From Dipteris shenzhenensis (taxonomy: Eukaryota), in the NCBI GenBank assembly GCA_047967505.1, contig CM106538.1: a stretch of 64,000 nucleotides of DNA; one strand, written 5' to 3'. Numbering within the stretch: position 1 is the stretch's first letter; every line of letters starts with the position of its first letter. A program made the position numbers and the translations under genes. The notes under the pieces are model-generated. The model was not told the DNA's origin. It saw only the letters and a program-made list of their open reading frames with translations, and searched no databases. This document shows positions 1 through 14,347 of this stretch, one piece after another.

Positions 1-3000
1 ACTGGTGGCATTCTCCATAGAGATTTACACAAATCCATATGATCTCTGCACATGTGAGTTTAGGCTTCTCAATGCCATTTCTTAGGGCCTAATAAGAGAT
101 TGGCACCACTGCCATTCTCCACTTGTACAAATGTTTACCCTACCATTCTGAGAGGTATTCCAATGATCATAGGAGAGTGGTGTCCTATTCCATTCCACAT
201 GTGAGTTTGATGATCTCAGTGTCATTATGTAGTTGCCAACATGAGATTGGCATCACTGCCATTCTCCGCTAGTGGTAATCTAGACAAACTACACCTATAG
301 ATTGACATTCCACTAATTTTATTGGCTGCAGTAGGATAATGGCAAAAGTGCCAATGCACATGTGAGTTTAGGATTCCTTGTGCATGTTTTTAGGTCATGG
401 TATAAGATTGGCACCACCGCCATTCTCCATTGGTGGCATTCTCCACAGAGATTGACACAATTCCATATGATCTCTCCATAGCGGAGACAGTGATCACTAC
501 ATAGAAGAATGCACATGTGAGTTTTGGCTTCTCAATGCCATTTCTTAGGGCCTAATAAGAGATTGGCACCACTGCCATTCTCCACTTGTACAAATGTTTA
601 CCCTACTATTCTAGGAGGGGTCTTCCAGTGATCATAGGAGAGTGGTGTCCGATTCCATTCCACACTAGTGGTAGTCTAGACAGCATGAGATTGGCAAGCA
701 TGAGATTGGCATCACTGCCATTCTCCGCTAGTGGGAATCTAGACAAACTGAACCTATAGATTGACATTCCACTAATTTTATTGGCTGCAGTAGGATAATG
801 GAAAAAGCGCCAATGCACATGTGAGTTTAGGATTCGTTGTGCATGTTTTCAGGTCATGTTATGAGATTGGCACCACTGCCATTCTCCACTGGTGGCATTC
901 TCCACAGAGATTGACACAATTCCATATGATCTCTACTCAGTGGAGACAGTGATCACTACATAGAAGAATGCACATGTGAGTTTCGGCTTCTCAATGCCAT
1001 TTCTTAGGGCCTAATAAGAGATTGGCACCACTGCCATTCTCCACTTGTACAAATGTTTACCCTACTATTCTAGGATGGGTATTCCAGTCATCATAGGAGA
1101 GTGGTGTCCGATCCCAATCCAAACGTGAGTTTGATGATCACAATGTCATCATATAGTTGCCATCATGAGATTGGCATCACTGCCATTCCCCACTAGTGGT
1201 AGTCCAAACAAACTAAACCTATAGATTGACATTCCAGGGCCTAATAAGAGATTGACACAATTATATCTGATCTCTACATCGCGTAGACAGTGATCACTAC
1301 ATAGAATAATGCACATGTGAGTTTAGGATTCTCAATGCCATTTCTTAGGGCAAGCATGAGATTGGCATCATTGCAATTCTCCGCTAGTGGTAATCTAGAC
1401 AAACTAAACCTATAGATTGACATTCCACTAATTTTATTGGCTGCAGTAGGATAATGGCAAAAGTACCAATGCACATGTGAGTTTAGGATTCCTTGTGCAT
1501 GTTTTCAGGTCATGGTATGAGATTGGCATTCTCCACAGATATTGACACAAATCCATATGATCCCTACAAAGTGGAGACAGTGATCACTACATAGAAGAAT
1601 GCACATGTGAGTTTAGGCTTCCCAATGCCATTTATTAGGGCCTAATGAGAGATTGGCACCACTGCCATTCTCCACTTGTACAAATGTTTACCCTACTATT
1701 CTAGGAGGGGTATTCTAGTGATCATAGGAGAGTGGTGTCCGATTCCAATCCAAATGTGAGTTTGATGATCTCAATGTCATTATATAGTTGCCAGCATGAG
1801 ATTGGCATCACTGCCATTCCCCACTAGTGGTAGTCTAGATAATCTAAACCTATAGATTGACATTCCAGGGCCTAATAAGAGATTGACACAATTGCATATG
1901 ATCTCTACACGGTGGAGACAGTGATCACTACATAGAGGAATGCACATGTGAGCTTAGGATTCTCAATGCCATTTCTTAGTGCAAGCATGAGATTTGCATC
2001 AATACCATTCTCCGCTAATGGTAATCTAGACAAACTAAACCTATAGATTGACATTCCACTAATTTTATTGGCTACAGTAGGATAATGGCAAAAGTGCCAA
2101 TGCACATGTGAGTTTCGGATTTTTTGTGCATGTTTTCAGGTCATCGTATGAGATTGACACCACTGCCATTCTCCACTGGCGGCATTCTCCACTGGCAGCA
2201 TTCTCCAGAGAGATCGACACAATTTCATATGATCTCTACACATCGAAGACTGTGATCACTACATAGAAGAATGCACATTACCACTAGCGGAGAATGGCAA
2301 TAGGATAATGGCAAAAGTGCCAATGCACATGTGAGTTTAGGATTCCTTGTGCATGTTTTCAGGTCATGGTATGAGATTGGCACCACTGCCATTCTCCACT
2401 GGTGGCGTTCTCCACAGAGATTGACACAAATCCATATGATCTCTACACAGCGGAGACAATGATCACTACATAGGAGAATGCACATTACCACTAGCGGAGA
2501 ATGGCAGTAGGATAATGGCAAAAGTGCCAATGCACATGCGAGTTTAGGATTCCTTGTGCATGTTTTCAGGTCATGGTATGAGATTGGCACCACTGCCATT
2601 CTCCACTAGTGGCATTCTCCATAGAGATTGACACAAATCCATATGATCTCTACACAGCGGAGATAGTGATCACTACATAGAAGAATGCACATGTGAGTTT
2701 AGGCTTCTCAATGCCATTTCTTAGGCCTAACTAGAGATTTGCACCACTGCCATTCTCCACTTGTACAAATGTTTACCCTATTATTCTAGGAGGCGTGAGA
2801 TTGGCACATGTGAGTGGTGTTCGATTCTATTCCACATGTGAGTCTGATGATCTCAGTGTCATTATGTAGTTGCCAGCATGAGATTGGCATCACTGTCATT
2901 CTCTGCTAGTGGTAATCTAGACAAACTAAACCTATAGATTGACATTCCACTAATTTTATTGGCTGTAGTAGGATAATAGCAAAAGTGCAAATGCACATGT

Positions 3001-6000
3001 GAGTTTAGGATTCCTTGTGCATGTTTTCAGGTCATGGTATGAGATTGGCACCACTGCCATTCTCTGCTAGTGGTAATCTAGACAAACTTAACCTATAGAT
3101 TGACATTCCACTAATTTTATTGGCTGCAGTAGGATAATAGCAAAAGTGCAAATGCACATGTGAGTTTAGGATTCCTTGTGCATGTTTTCAGGTCATGGTA
3201 TGAGATTGGCACCACTGCCATTCTCCACTGGTGGCATTCTCCATAGAGATTGACACAATTCCATATGATCTCTACACAGCGTAGACAGTGATCACTACAT
3301 AGAAGAATGCACATGTGAGTTTAGGATTCCTTGTGTATGTTTTCAGGTCATGGTATGAGATTGGCACCACTGCCATTCTCCACTGGTGGCATTCTCCATA
3401 GAGATTGACACAAATCCGTATGATCTCTACACATGTGACTTTAGGCTTCTCATTGCCATTTCTTAGGGCCTAAGAAGAGATTGGCACCACTGCCATTCTC
3501 TGCTAGTGGTAATCTAGACAAACTGAACCTATAGATTGACATTCCACTAATTTCATTGGCTGCAATAGGATAATGGAAAAAGTGCCAATGCACATGTGAG
3601 TTTAGGATTCCTTATGCATGTTTTGAGGTCATGGTATGAGATTGGCAACACTGCCATTCTCCACTGATGGCATTTTCCACAGAGATTAAAACAATTCCAT
3701 ATGATCTCTACACAGCACAGACAGTCATCACTACATAGAAGAATACACATGTGAATTTAGGCTTCTCAATGCCATTTCTTAGGGCCTAATAAGAGATTGG
3801 CACCACTGCCATTCTCCACTTGTACAAATGTTTACCCTACTATTATAGGAGGGGTATTCTAGTGAGCATACGAGAGTGGTGTCCGATACCAATCCAAACA
3901 TGAGTTTGATGATCTCAATGTCATTATATAGTTGCCAGCATGAGAGTGGCATAACTGCCTTTCCCCACTAGTGGAAATCTAGACAAACTAAACCTATAGA
4001 TTGACATTCCAGGGCCTAATAAGAGATTGACACAATTCCATATGATCTCTACACACAGCGGAGACAATGATCACCACAGAGAAGAATACACATGTGAGTT
4101 TAGGATTCTTAATACCATTTCTTAGGGCAAGCATGAGATTGGCATCAGTGCAATTCTCTGCTAGTTGTAATCTAGACAAACTAAACCTATAGATTAACAT
4201 TCCACTAATTTTATTGGCTACAGTAGGATAATGGAAAAAGTGCCAATGCACATGTGCGTTTAGGATTCCTTGTGCATGTTTTCAGGTCATGGTATGAGAT
4301 TGGCACCACTGCCATTCTCCACTGGTGGCATTCTCCTCAGAGATTGACACAATTCCATATGATCTCTACATAGTGGAGACAGTGATCACTACATAGAAGA
4401 ATGCACATTACCACTAGCAGAGAATGGCAGTAGGATAATGGCAAAAGTGCCAATGCACATGTGAGTTTAGGATTCCTTGTGCATGTTTTCAGGTCATGGT
4501 ATGAGAATGGCACCACTGCCATTCTCCACTGGTGGCATTCTCCACAGAGATTGACACAATTCCATATGATCTCTACACAGCAGAGACGGTGATCACTACT
4601 TAGAAGAATGCACATGTGAGTTTAGGCTTCTCCATGCCATTTATTAGAGCCTAATAAGAGATTGGCACCACTACCATTCTTCACTTGTACAAATGTTTAC
4701 CCTACTATTCTAGGAGGGGTATTCCTATGCCAGTCCAAATGTGAGTTTGATGATCTCAATGTCATTATATAGTTGCTAGCATGAGATTGGCATCACTGCC
4801 ATTCCCCACTAGTGGTAGTCTAGACAAACTAAACCTATAGATTGACATTCCATGGCCTAAAAGAGATTGACACAATTCCATATGATCTCTACACAGAGGA
4901 GATAGTGATCTTTACATAGAAGAATGCACATGTGAGTTTAGTATTCTTAATGCCATTTCTTAGGGCAAGCGTGAGATTGGCATCACTACCATTCTCCGCT
5001 AGTGGTAATCTAGACAAACTAAACCTATAGATTGACATTCCACTAATTTTATTGGCTGCAGTAGGATAATGGCAAAAGTGCCAATGCACATGTGAGTTTA
5101 GGATTCCTTGTGCATGTTTTCAGGTCATGGTATGAGATTGGCACCACTACCATTCTCCACTGGTGGCATTCTCCACAGAGATTGACACAATTCCATATGA
5201 TCTCTACACAGCGGAGACAGTGATCACTACATAGAAGAATGCACATGTGAGTTTAGGCTTCTCAATGCCATTTTCTAGGGCCTAATAAGAGATTGGCACC
5301 ACTGCCATTCTTCACTTGTACAAATGTTTACCCTACTATTCTAGGAGTGGTATTCCAGTGATCATAGGAGAGTGGTGTCATCCAAATGTGAGCTTGATGA
5401 TCTCAATGTCATTATATAGTTGCGAGCATGAGATTGGCATCACTGCCATTCCCCACTAGTGGTATTCTAGACAAACTAAACCTATAGATTGACATTCCAG
5501 GGCCTAATAAGATATTGACACAATTCCATGTGATCTCTACACAGCGAAGACAGTGATCACTACATAGAAGAATGCACATGTGAGTTTAGGATTCTCAATG
5601 CCATTTCTTAGGGCCTAATAAGAGATTGGCATCACTGCCATTCTCCGTTAGTGGTAATCTAGACAAACTAAACCTATAGATTGATGTTTACCCTACTATT
5701 CTAGGAGGGGTATTCCACTGATCATAGGAGAGTGGTGTCCGATTCCAATCCAAATGTGAGTTTGATGATCTCAATGTCATTATATAGTTACCAGCATGAG
5801 ATTGGCATCACTGCCATTCCCCACTAGTGGTAGTCTAATTTTATTGGCATTCTCCATAGAGATTGACGCAATTCCATATGATCTCTACACCGCGGAGATA
5901 GTGATCACTACATAGAAGAATGCACATGTGAGTTTAGGCTTCTCAATGCCATTTCTTCGGGCCTAATAAGAGATTGGCATCACTGCCATTCTCCACTTGT

Positions 6001-9000
6001 ACAAATGTTTACCCTACTATTCTAGGAGTGGTATTCCAGTGATCATAGGAGAGTGGTGTCCGATTCAAATCCAAATGTGAGTTTGATGATCTCAAATTCA
6101 TTATATAGTTGCGAGCATGAGATTGGCATCACTGCCATTCCCCACTAGTGGTAGTCTAGACAAACTAAACCTATAGATTTACATTCCAGGGCCTAATAAG
6201 AGATTGACACAAATCCATGTGATCTCTACACAGCGGAGACAGTGATCACTACAACTACATAGAAGAGTGCACATGTGAGTTTAGGATTCTCAATGCGATT
6301 TCTTAGGGCAAGCATGAGATTGGCATCACTGCCATTCTCCATTAGTGGTAATCTAGACAAACTAAACCTATAGATTGACGTTTACCCTACTATTCTAGGA
6401 GGGGTATTCCACTGATCATAGGAGAGTGGTGTCCGATTCCAATCCAAATGTGAGTTTGATGATCTCAACGTCATTATATAGTTACCAGCATGAGATTGGC
6501 ATCTCTACCATTCTCCACTAGTGGTAGTCTAATTTTATTGGCATTCTCCACAGAGATTGACACAATTCCATATGATCTCTACACAGCGGAGACAAGGATC
6601 ACTACATAGAAGAATGCACATGTGAGTTTAGGCTTCTCAATGCCATTTCTTAGGGCCTAATAAGAGATTGGTACCACTGCCATTCTCCACTTGTACAAAT
6701 GTTTACTCTACTATTCTAGGAGGGGTATTCCAGTGATCATAGGAGAGTGGTGTCCGATTCCAATCCACATGTGGGTTTGATGATCTCAGAGATTGACACG
6801 ATTCCATATGATCTCTACACAGCAGAGACAGTGATCATTACATAGAAGAATGCACATGTTAGTTTCGGATTCCTTGTGCATATTTCCAAGTCATGGTATG
6901 AGATTGGCACCACTACCATTCTCCACAGAGATTGACACATCTCCATATGATTTCTACATAGCGGAGATAGTGATCACTACATAGAAGAATGCACATGTGA
7001 GTTTAGGATTCCTTGTGCATGTTTTCAGGTCATGGTATGAGATTGGCACCACTGCCATTCTCCATATAGATTTGTGTCAATCTCTGTGGAGAATACATAG
7101 AAGAATGCACATGCAAGTTTGGGCTTCTCAATGCCATTTCTTAGGGCCTAATAAGACATTGGCACCACTGCCATTCTCCACTTGTAGAAATGTTTACCCT
7201 ACTATTCTAGGAGGGGTATTGCACTGATCATAGGAGAGTGGTGTTCGATTCCATTCCACATGTGAGTTTGATGATCTCAGTGACATTATGTAGTTGCGAG
7301 CATGAGATTGGCATCACTGCCATTCTCCACTAGTGGTAATCTAGAAACACTAAACCTATAGATTGACATTCCACTAATTTTATTGGCTACAGTAGGATAA
7401 TGGCAAAAGTGCAAATGCACGAGTGTAGGATTCCTTGAGCATGTTTTTAGGTCATGGTATGAGATTGGCACCATTGCCATTCTCCACTGGTGGCATTATC
7501 CATAGAAATTGACACAATTCCATATGATCTCTACATAGCGGAGACAGTGATCACTACATAGAAGAATGCACATGTGAGTTCAGGCTTCTCAATGCCATTT
7601 CTTAGGGCCTAATAAGAGATTGGCACCACTGCCATTCTCCACTTGTACAAATGTTTACCCTACTATTCTAGCAGGGGTATTCCAGTGATCATAGGAGAGT
7701 GGTGTCCGATTCCAATCCACATGTGAGTTTAATGATTTTAGAGATTGACACAATTCCATATGATCTCTACACAAATGATCTCTACACAGCAGAGATAGTG
7801 ATCACTACATAGAAGAATGCACATGTGAGTTTAGGATTCCTTGTGCATGTTTGCAGGTCATGGTATGAGATTGGCACCACTACCATTCTCCACTGGTGGC
7901 ATTCTCCACAGAGATTGACACAATTCCATATGATCTCTACACAGCGGAGACAGTGATCACTACATAGAAGAATGCACATGTGTGTTTAGGATTCCTTATG
8001 CATGTTTTCAGGTCATGGTATGAGATTGGCACCACTACCATTCTCCATTGGTGGCATTCTCCACAGAGATTAACACAATTCCATATGATCTCTACACAGC
8101 GGAGACAGTGATCACTACATAGAAGAATGCACATGTGAGTTTAGGATTCCTTGTGCATGTTTTCAAGTCATGGTATGAGATTGGCAGCACTTCCATTCTC
8201 CACTGGTGGCATTCTCCATAGACATTGACACAAATCCATATGATCTCTGCACATGTGAGTTTAGGCTTCTCAATACCAATTCTTAGGGCCTAATAAGAGA
8301 TTGGCACCACTACCATTCTCCACTTGTACAAATGTTTACCCTACTATTCTAGGAGGGGTATTCCAGTGATCATAGGAGAGTGGTGTCCTATTCCATTCCA
8401 CATGTGAGTTTGATGATCTCAGTGTCATTATGTAGTTGCCAGCATGAGATTGGCATCACTGCCATTCTCCGCTAGTGGTAATCTAGACAAACTGAACCTA
8501 TAGATTGACATTCCACTAATTTTAATGGCTGCAGTAGGATAATGGCAAAAGTGCCAATGCACATGTGAGTTTAGGATTCCTTGTGCATGTTTTCAGGTCA
8601 TGGTATGAGATTGGCACCACTGCCATTCTCCATAGAGATTGACACAATTCCATATGTTCTCTACACAGTGGAGACAGTGATCACTACATAGAAGAATGCA
8701 CATGTGAGTTTAGGCTTCTCAATGCCATTTGTTAGGGCCTAATAAGAGATTGGCACCACTTCCATTCTCCACTTGTACAAATGTTTACCCTACTATTCTA
8801 GGTGGGGTATTCCAGTGATCATAGGAGAGTGGTGTCCGATTCCAATCCAAACGTGAGTTTGATGATCTCAATGTCATTATATAGCTGCCAGCATGAGATT
8901 GGCATCACTGCCATTCCCCACTAGTGGTAGTCTAGACAAACTAAACCTATAGATTGACATTCCAGGGCCTAATAAGAGATTGACACAATTCCATATGATC

Positions 9001-10246
9001 TCTACACAGCAGAGATAGTGATCACTACATAGAAGAATGCACATGTGAGTTTAGGATTCTCAATGCCATTTATTAGGGCCAGCATGAGTTTGGCATCACT
9101 CCCATTCTCTGCTAGTGGTAATCTAGACAAACTAAACCTATAGATTGACATTCCACTAATTTTATTGGCTGTAGTAGGATAATGGCAAAAGTACCAATGC
9201 ACATGTGAGTTTAGGATTCCTTGTGCATGTTTTCAGGTCATGGTATGAGATTGGCACCACTACCTTTCTCCACTGGTGGCATTCTCCACAAAGATTGACA
9301 CAGTTCAATATGATCCATACACAGCGGAGACAGTAATCACTACATAGAAGAATGCACATTACCACTAGCGGAGAATGGCAGTAGGGTAATGGCAAAAGTG
9401 CCAATGCACATGTGAGTTTAGGATTCCTTGTGCATGTTCTCGATAGAGATTGACACAAATCCATATGATCTCTGCACATGTGAGTTTAGGCTTCTCAATG
9501 CCATTTCTTAGGGCCTAATAAGAGATTGGCACCACTGCCATTCTCCACTTGTACAAATGTTTACCCTACTATTCTAGGAGTGGTATTCGAGTGATCATAG
9601 GAGAGTGGTCTCCGATTCAAATCCACATGTCACTTTGATGATCTCAGTGTCATTATGTAGGTGCCAGAGTTTGGCATCACTGCCATTCACCACTAGTGGT
9701 AGTCTATACAAACTAAACCTATAGATTGACATTCCACTAATTTTATTGGCTGCAGTAGGATAATGGCATAAGTGCCAATGCAGATGTGAGTTTAGGATTC
9801 CTTGTGCTTGTTTTTAGGTCATGGTATGAGATTGGCACCACTACCATTCTCCACAGAGATTGACACAATTCCATATGATCTCTACACAGCGGAGACAATG
9901 ATCACTACATAGACGAATGCACATGTGAGTTTAGGCTTCCCAATGCCATTTCTTAGGGCCTAATAAGAGATTGGCACCACTGCCATTCTCCACTTGTACA
10001 AATGTTTACCCTACTATTCTAGGAGGGGTATTCTAGTGATCATCGGGGAGTGGTGTCCGATTCAAATCCACATGTGAGTTTGATGATCTTAGTGTCATTA
10101 TGTAGGTGCCAGCATGAGTTTGGCATCACTACCATTCTCCACTACTGGTAGTCTAGACAAACTAAACCTATAGATTGACATTCCACTAATTTTATTGGAT
10201 GCACATGTGAGTTTAGGCTTCACAGTGCAATTTTCTAGGGCCTAAT
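1..10246. repeat. Complex satellite array: ~460-bp monomer of three related ~150-160-bp subunits, shuffled
   Basis: Anchors CACATGTGAGTTT and GAGATTGGCACCACTGCCATTCTCCA recur about every 150-160 bp (e.g. starts near 48, 196, 357, 512). A small set of distinct modules lies between them in variable order. Confidence 0.95.
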
Positions 10247-10417
10247 TATGGAGGCTAAAGGTCACCGTGCCTTTACCCCGGTTATGTACAATACTCAAAC
10301 ACATATATAAATGAATGAAAAAGAAGATTAGGGTGGTTCTGCACCCACCAAAACTTGTGTGGCTCTCTGTCTCTCTCTCTCCTTCTTCTGTTCTTGCTTC
10401 CGTTGAGAGCACTCTCA
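10247..10417 (+). repeat. Copia-1 5' LTR, copy a (171 bp), followed by PBS at 10420-10431
   Basis: TA..CA termini (TG mutated to TA), TATATAAAT box, TGGTATCAGAGC directly after. Confidence 0.9.
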
Positions 10418-12203
10418 ACTGGTATCAGAGCGCGAGTGATCTAGCTGAGCATGCATGAATGCTTGGAAGCTCAGCAGCTTTGTGGGAGGAAGGAGAAGCT
10501 CTGTGGGAAGCTTTGTGGGTGACTTTACTTGCATCCGAGTGTGTAGAGACCTTGGAGGAACCTTTGGAAAAGTCACTTTGGTTTTGTGAAGTGGTTTTTA
10601 GAGCCTGTTAAGTGTTTTAAAAAAAAAAGTCGTTTTTTGAGCTTTTCCCTGTTCCATTCGATGACAGAGATTCCATATTGACTTGTAGAGGCAACTATTG
10701 CTTGCTTTTGGTGTCCACTTCACTTCGGGAGCTTGGAAACACCTTCATTCTTGAATCTAGGATCATTTCATTAGATTTCTGACTCACTGTGTCAGTTTCT
10801 GCGTTTTTTTCCCGGGTGTTGAAACTCATGTTTGGAGCAACCATTTGCAGATCTGTCAGTTCCAGTGGACTCAGAAGGTCCTAAAACTTCTATGTTGCTC
10901 ATCATTCACACTCTGGTGGAGTTTACAAATAGCTCTATTTCCAAAAACGTTCTTTAGTCCGTGTGTTGGACCCAGTGATTGAGACCACGGTTTCCAAAAC
11001 CATCTGTCATTTCTTAGGGCCAGCATGAGTTTGGCATCACTCCCATTCTCTGCTAGTGGTAATCTAGACAAACTAAACCTATAGATTGACATTCCACTAA
11101 TTTTATTGGCTACAGTAGGATAATGGCAAAAGTGCGAGAGCACATGTGAGTTTAGGATTCCTTGTGCATGTTTTGAGGTCATGGTTTGAGATTGGCACCA
11201 CTACCTTTCTCCACTGGTGGCATTCTCCACAGAGATTGACACAATTCCATATGATCCATACACAGCGGAGACAGTGATCACTACATAGAAGAATGCACAT
11301 TACCACTAGCGGAGAATGGCAGTAGGGTAATGGAAGAAGTGCCAATGCACATGTGAGTTTAGGATTCCTTGTGCATGTTCTCCACAGAGATTGACACAAA
11401 TCCATATGATCTCTACACATGTGAGTTTAGGCTTCTCAATGCCATTTCTTAGGGCCTAATAAGAGATTGGCACCACTGCCATTCTCCACTTGTACAAATG
11501 TTTACCCTACTATTCTAGGAGTGGTATTCGAGTGATCATAGGAGAGTGGTGTCTGATTCAAATCCACATATGAGTTTGATGATCTCAGTGTCATTATGTA
11601 GGTGCCAGAGTTTGGCATCACTGCCATTCTCCACTAGTGGTAGTCTATACAAACTAAACCTATAGATTGACATTCCACTAATTTTATTGGCTGCAGTAGG
11701 ATAATGGCATAAGTACCAATGCAGATGTGAGTTTAGGATTCCTTATGCATGTTTTTAGGTCATGGTATGAGATTGGCACCACTGCCATTCTCCACTAGTG
11801 GCATTCTCCATAGAGATTGACACAATTCCATATGATCTCTACACAGCGGAGACAATGATCACTACATAGAAGAATGCACATGTGAGTTTAGGCTTCCCAA
11901 TGCCATTTCTTAGGACCTAATAAGAGATTGGCACCACTGCCATTCTCCACTTGTACAAATGTTTACCCTACTATTCTAGGAGGGGTATTCTAGTGATCAT
12001 GGGGGAGTGGTGTTCGATTCAAATCCACATGTGAGTTTGATGATCTTAGTGTCATTATGTAGGTGCCAGCATGAGTTTGGCATCACTACCATTTTCCACT
12101 AGTTGTAGTCTAGACAAACTAAACCTATAGATTGACATTCCACTAATTTTATTGGATGCACATGTGAGTTTAGGCTTCACAGTGCGATTTTCTAGGGCCT
12201 AAT

Positions 12204-12374
12204 TATGGAGGTTAAAGGTCACTGTGCCTTTACCCTAGTTATGTACAATACTCAAACACATATATAAATGAATGAAAAAGAAGATTAGGGTCGTTCTACA
12301 CCCACCAAAACTTGTGTGGCTCTCTGTCTCTCTCTCTCCTTCTTTCGTTCTTGCTTCTGTTGAGAGCACTCTCA
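12204..12374 (+). repeat. Copia-1 5' LTR, copy b (171 bp), followed by PBS at 12377-12388
   Basis: About 95% identical to copy a by eye, with the same TA start and the same upstream CTAAT. Confidence 0.9.
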
Positions 12375-14347
12375 ACTGGTATCAGAGCGCGAGTGATCTA
12401 GCTGAGCATGCGTGAATGCTTGGAAGCTCAGCAACTCTATGGGAGGAAGGAGAAGCTCTGTGGGAAGCTTTGTGGGTGACTTTACTTGTATCCGAGTGTG
12501 TAGAGACCTTGGAGGAACCTTTGGAAAAGTCACTTTGGTTTTGTGAAGTGGTTTTTAGAGCCTGTTAAGTGTTAAAAAAAAAAAAGTCGTTTTTTGAGCT
12601 TTTCCCTGTTCCGTTCGATGACAGAGACTCCATATTGACTTGTAGAGGCAACTATTGCTTGCTTTTGGTGTCCACTTCACTTCAACAGCTTGGAAACACC
12701 TTCATTCTTGAATCTAGGATCATTTCATTGGATTTCTGACTCACTGTGTCAGTTTTTGCGTTTTTTGCCCGGGTGTTGAAACTCAAGTTTGGAGCAACCA
12801 TTTGCAGATTTGTCAGTTCCAGTGGACTCAGGAGTCCTAAAACTTCTATGTTGCTCATCATTCGCACTGTGGTGGAGTTTACAAACAGCTCTGTTTCCAA
12901 AAACGTTTTTCAGTCCGTGTGTTGAACCCAGTGATTGAGACCACGGTTTCCAAAACCATCTGTCATTTCTTAGGGCCAGCATGAGTTTGGCATCACTCCC
13001 ATTCTCTGCTAGTGGTAATCTAGACAAACTAAACCTATAGATTGACATTCCACTAATTTTATTGGCTGCAGTAGGATAATGGCAAAAGTGCCAATGCACA
13101 TGTGAGTTTAGGGATCCTTATGCATGTTTTGAGGTCATGGTATGAGATTGGCACCACTGCCTTTCTCCACTGGTGGCATTCTCGACAGAGATTGACACAA
13201 TTCCATATGATCCATACACAGCGGAGACAGTGATCACTACATAGAAGAATGCACATTACCACTAGCGGAGAATGGCAGTAGGGTAATGGCACTCTGGTGG
13301 AGCAACCATTTGCAGATCTGTCAGTTCCAGTGGACTCAGGAGGTCCTAAAACTTCTATGTTTCTCATCATTCACACTCTGGTGGAGTTTACAAACAGCTC
13401 TGTTTCCAAAAACGTTTTTTAGTCCGTGTGTTGGACCCAGTGATTGAGACCACGGTTTCCAAAACCGTCTATCCCATTGCGTTTCGGATGCCCAAAAACC
13501 CCTACCTGTCAGTTCTTGTGCAATTCGGTGGAGGATTTTTAGAGTTATAGATCTCTGTGTATTCGATTTCGTCTCTCTATTATGTGTTTTTCATTCTAAG
13601 GTTTTGAAACGTTAGATTTATGCCACATGGCAGTGGATAAGTGTTGACTCCCATTTCTCATTCATCGGTTGGGATTTTGGAGTTCTGGCAGAAGAGAGAT
13701 ATTTGCAGATTTTCTTGCTGATTCCGATTATGCAATGGCACCCATGTTTTGAGGCATCTCAGGTTCTATTTTGAGTAGCGGTCATTACCGTGGGACTATG
13801 ATTTCTTGAGCATACCTTATGCAGATCACTCTGGTTGCAGTTTGAGCAGTGTGCGCTCATTCGTGGTATGCATTGGGTTGTAGTGGATGATTTATAGGCC
13901 ATTTGGATGCATTGCGGTCCTTATTGGATGCGGTGATAGGCCCAAATTGCCTTATGGGATGCTATTTTTTATGGACACTTTGCACATGGATGCTATTTTA
14001 TGCTAAGGGACAGCTTTGACACATTGCAGGTAATGCATTGATAGTGCTATGCTCTCTTGGATGAGATATTATTAATGCATATGCCAGTGGACGGTGTTTA
14101 TGCTTGAGTCATTTAGCACTTATTGGCATTTTGGATTGCCATTGTAGTTGGCATTTTCTTTTGGGCCAGATTTGCTCATATGGATGCATAGTATATGCAC
14201 ATGAGTCAGATGCATCTTTTGATGCTTTGAGCTTTGAGTTTTGGTGATATTTCACTCTATTGTGGCATACACATTTGGGTGCACCTGGTATTTGGTGTGA
14301 TTCTCTCTTGTATGCACTAGCATTTGGGATTTTGTTTTATTTGCATT

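Larger units (their letters stand above)
9064..13290. repeat. ~1.95-kb tandem duplication (units 9064-11004, 11005-12960, partial 12961-13290) of satellite plus Copia 5' LTR/leader
   Basis: The junction CCAAAACCATC|TGTCATTTCTTAGGGCCAGC occurs at 11005 and 12961. Both full units carry the same satellite variant order, TSD, LTR, PBS and leader. Confidence 0.9.

Noticed and set aside
1-10246. CRISPR-like look (constant motifs with intervening sequence)
   Set aside because: The 'spacers' are a few modules repeated many times, there are no cas genes, and the context is eukaryotic TE sequence.
319-13370. Many similar 65-124 aa Cys/His-rich ORFs on the - strand
   Set aside because: They are translations of satellite modules in several frames with no frame conservation.
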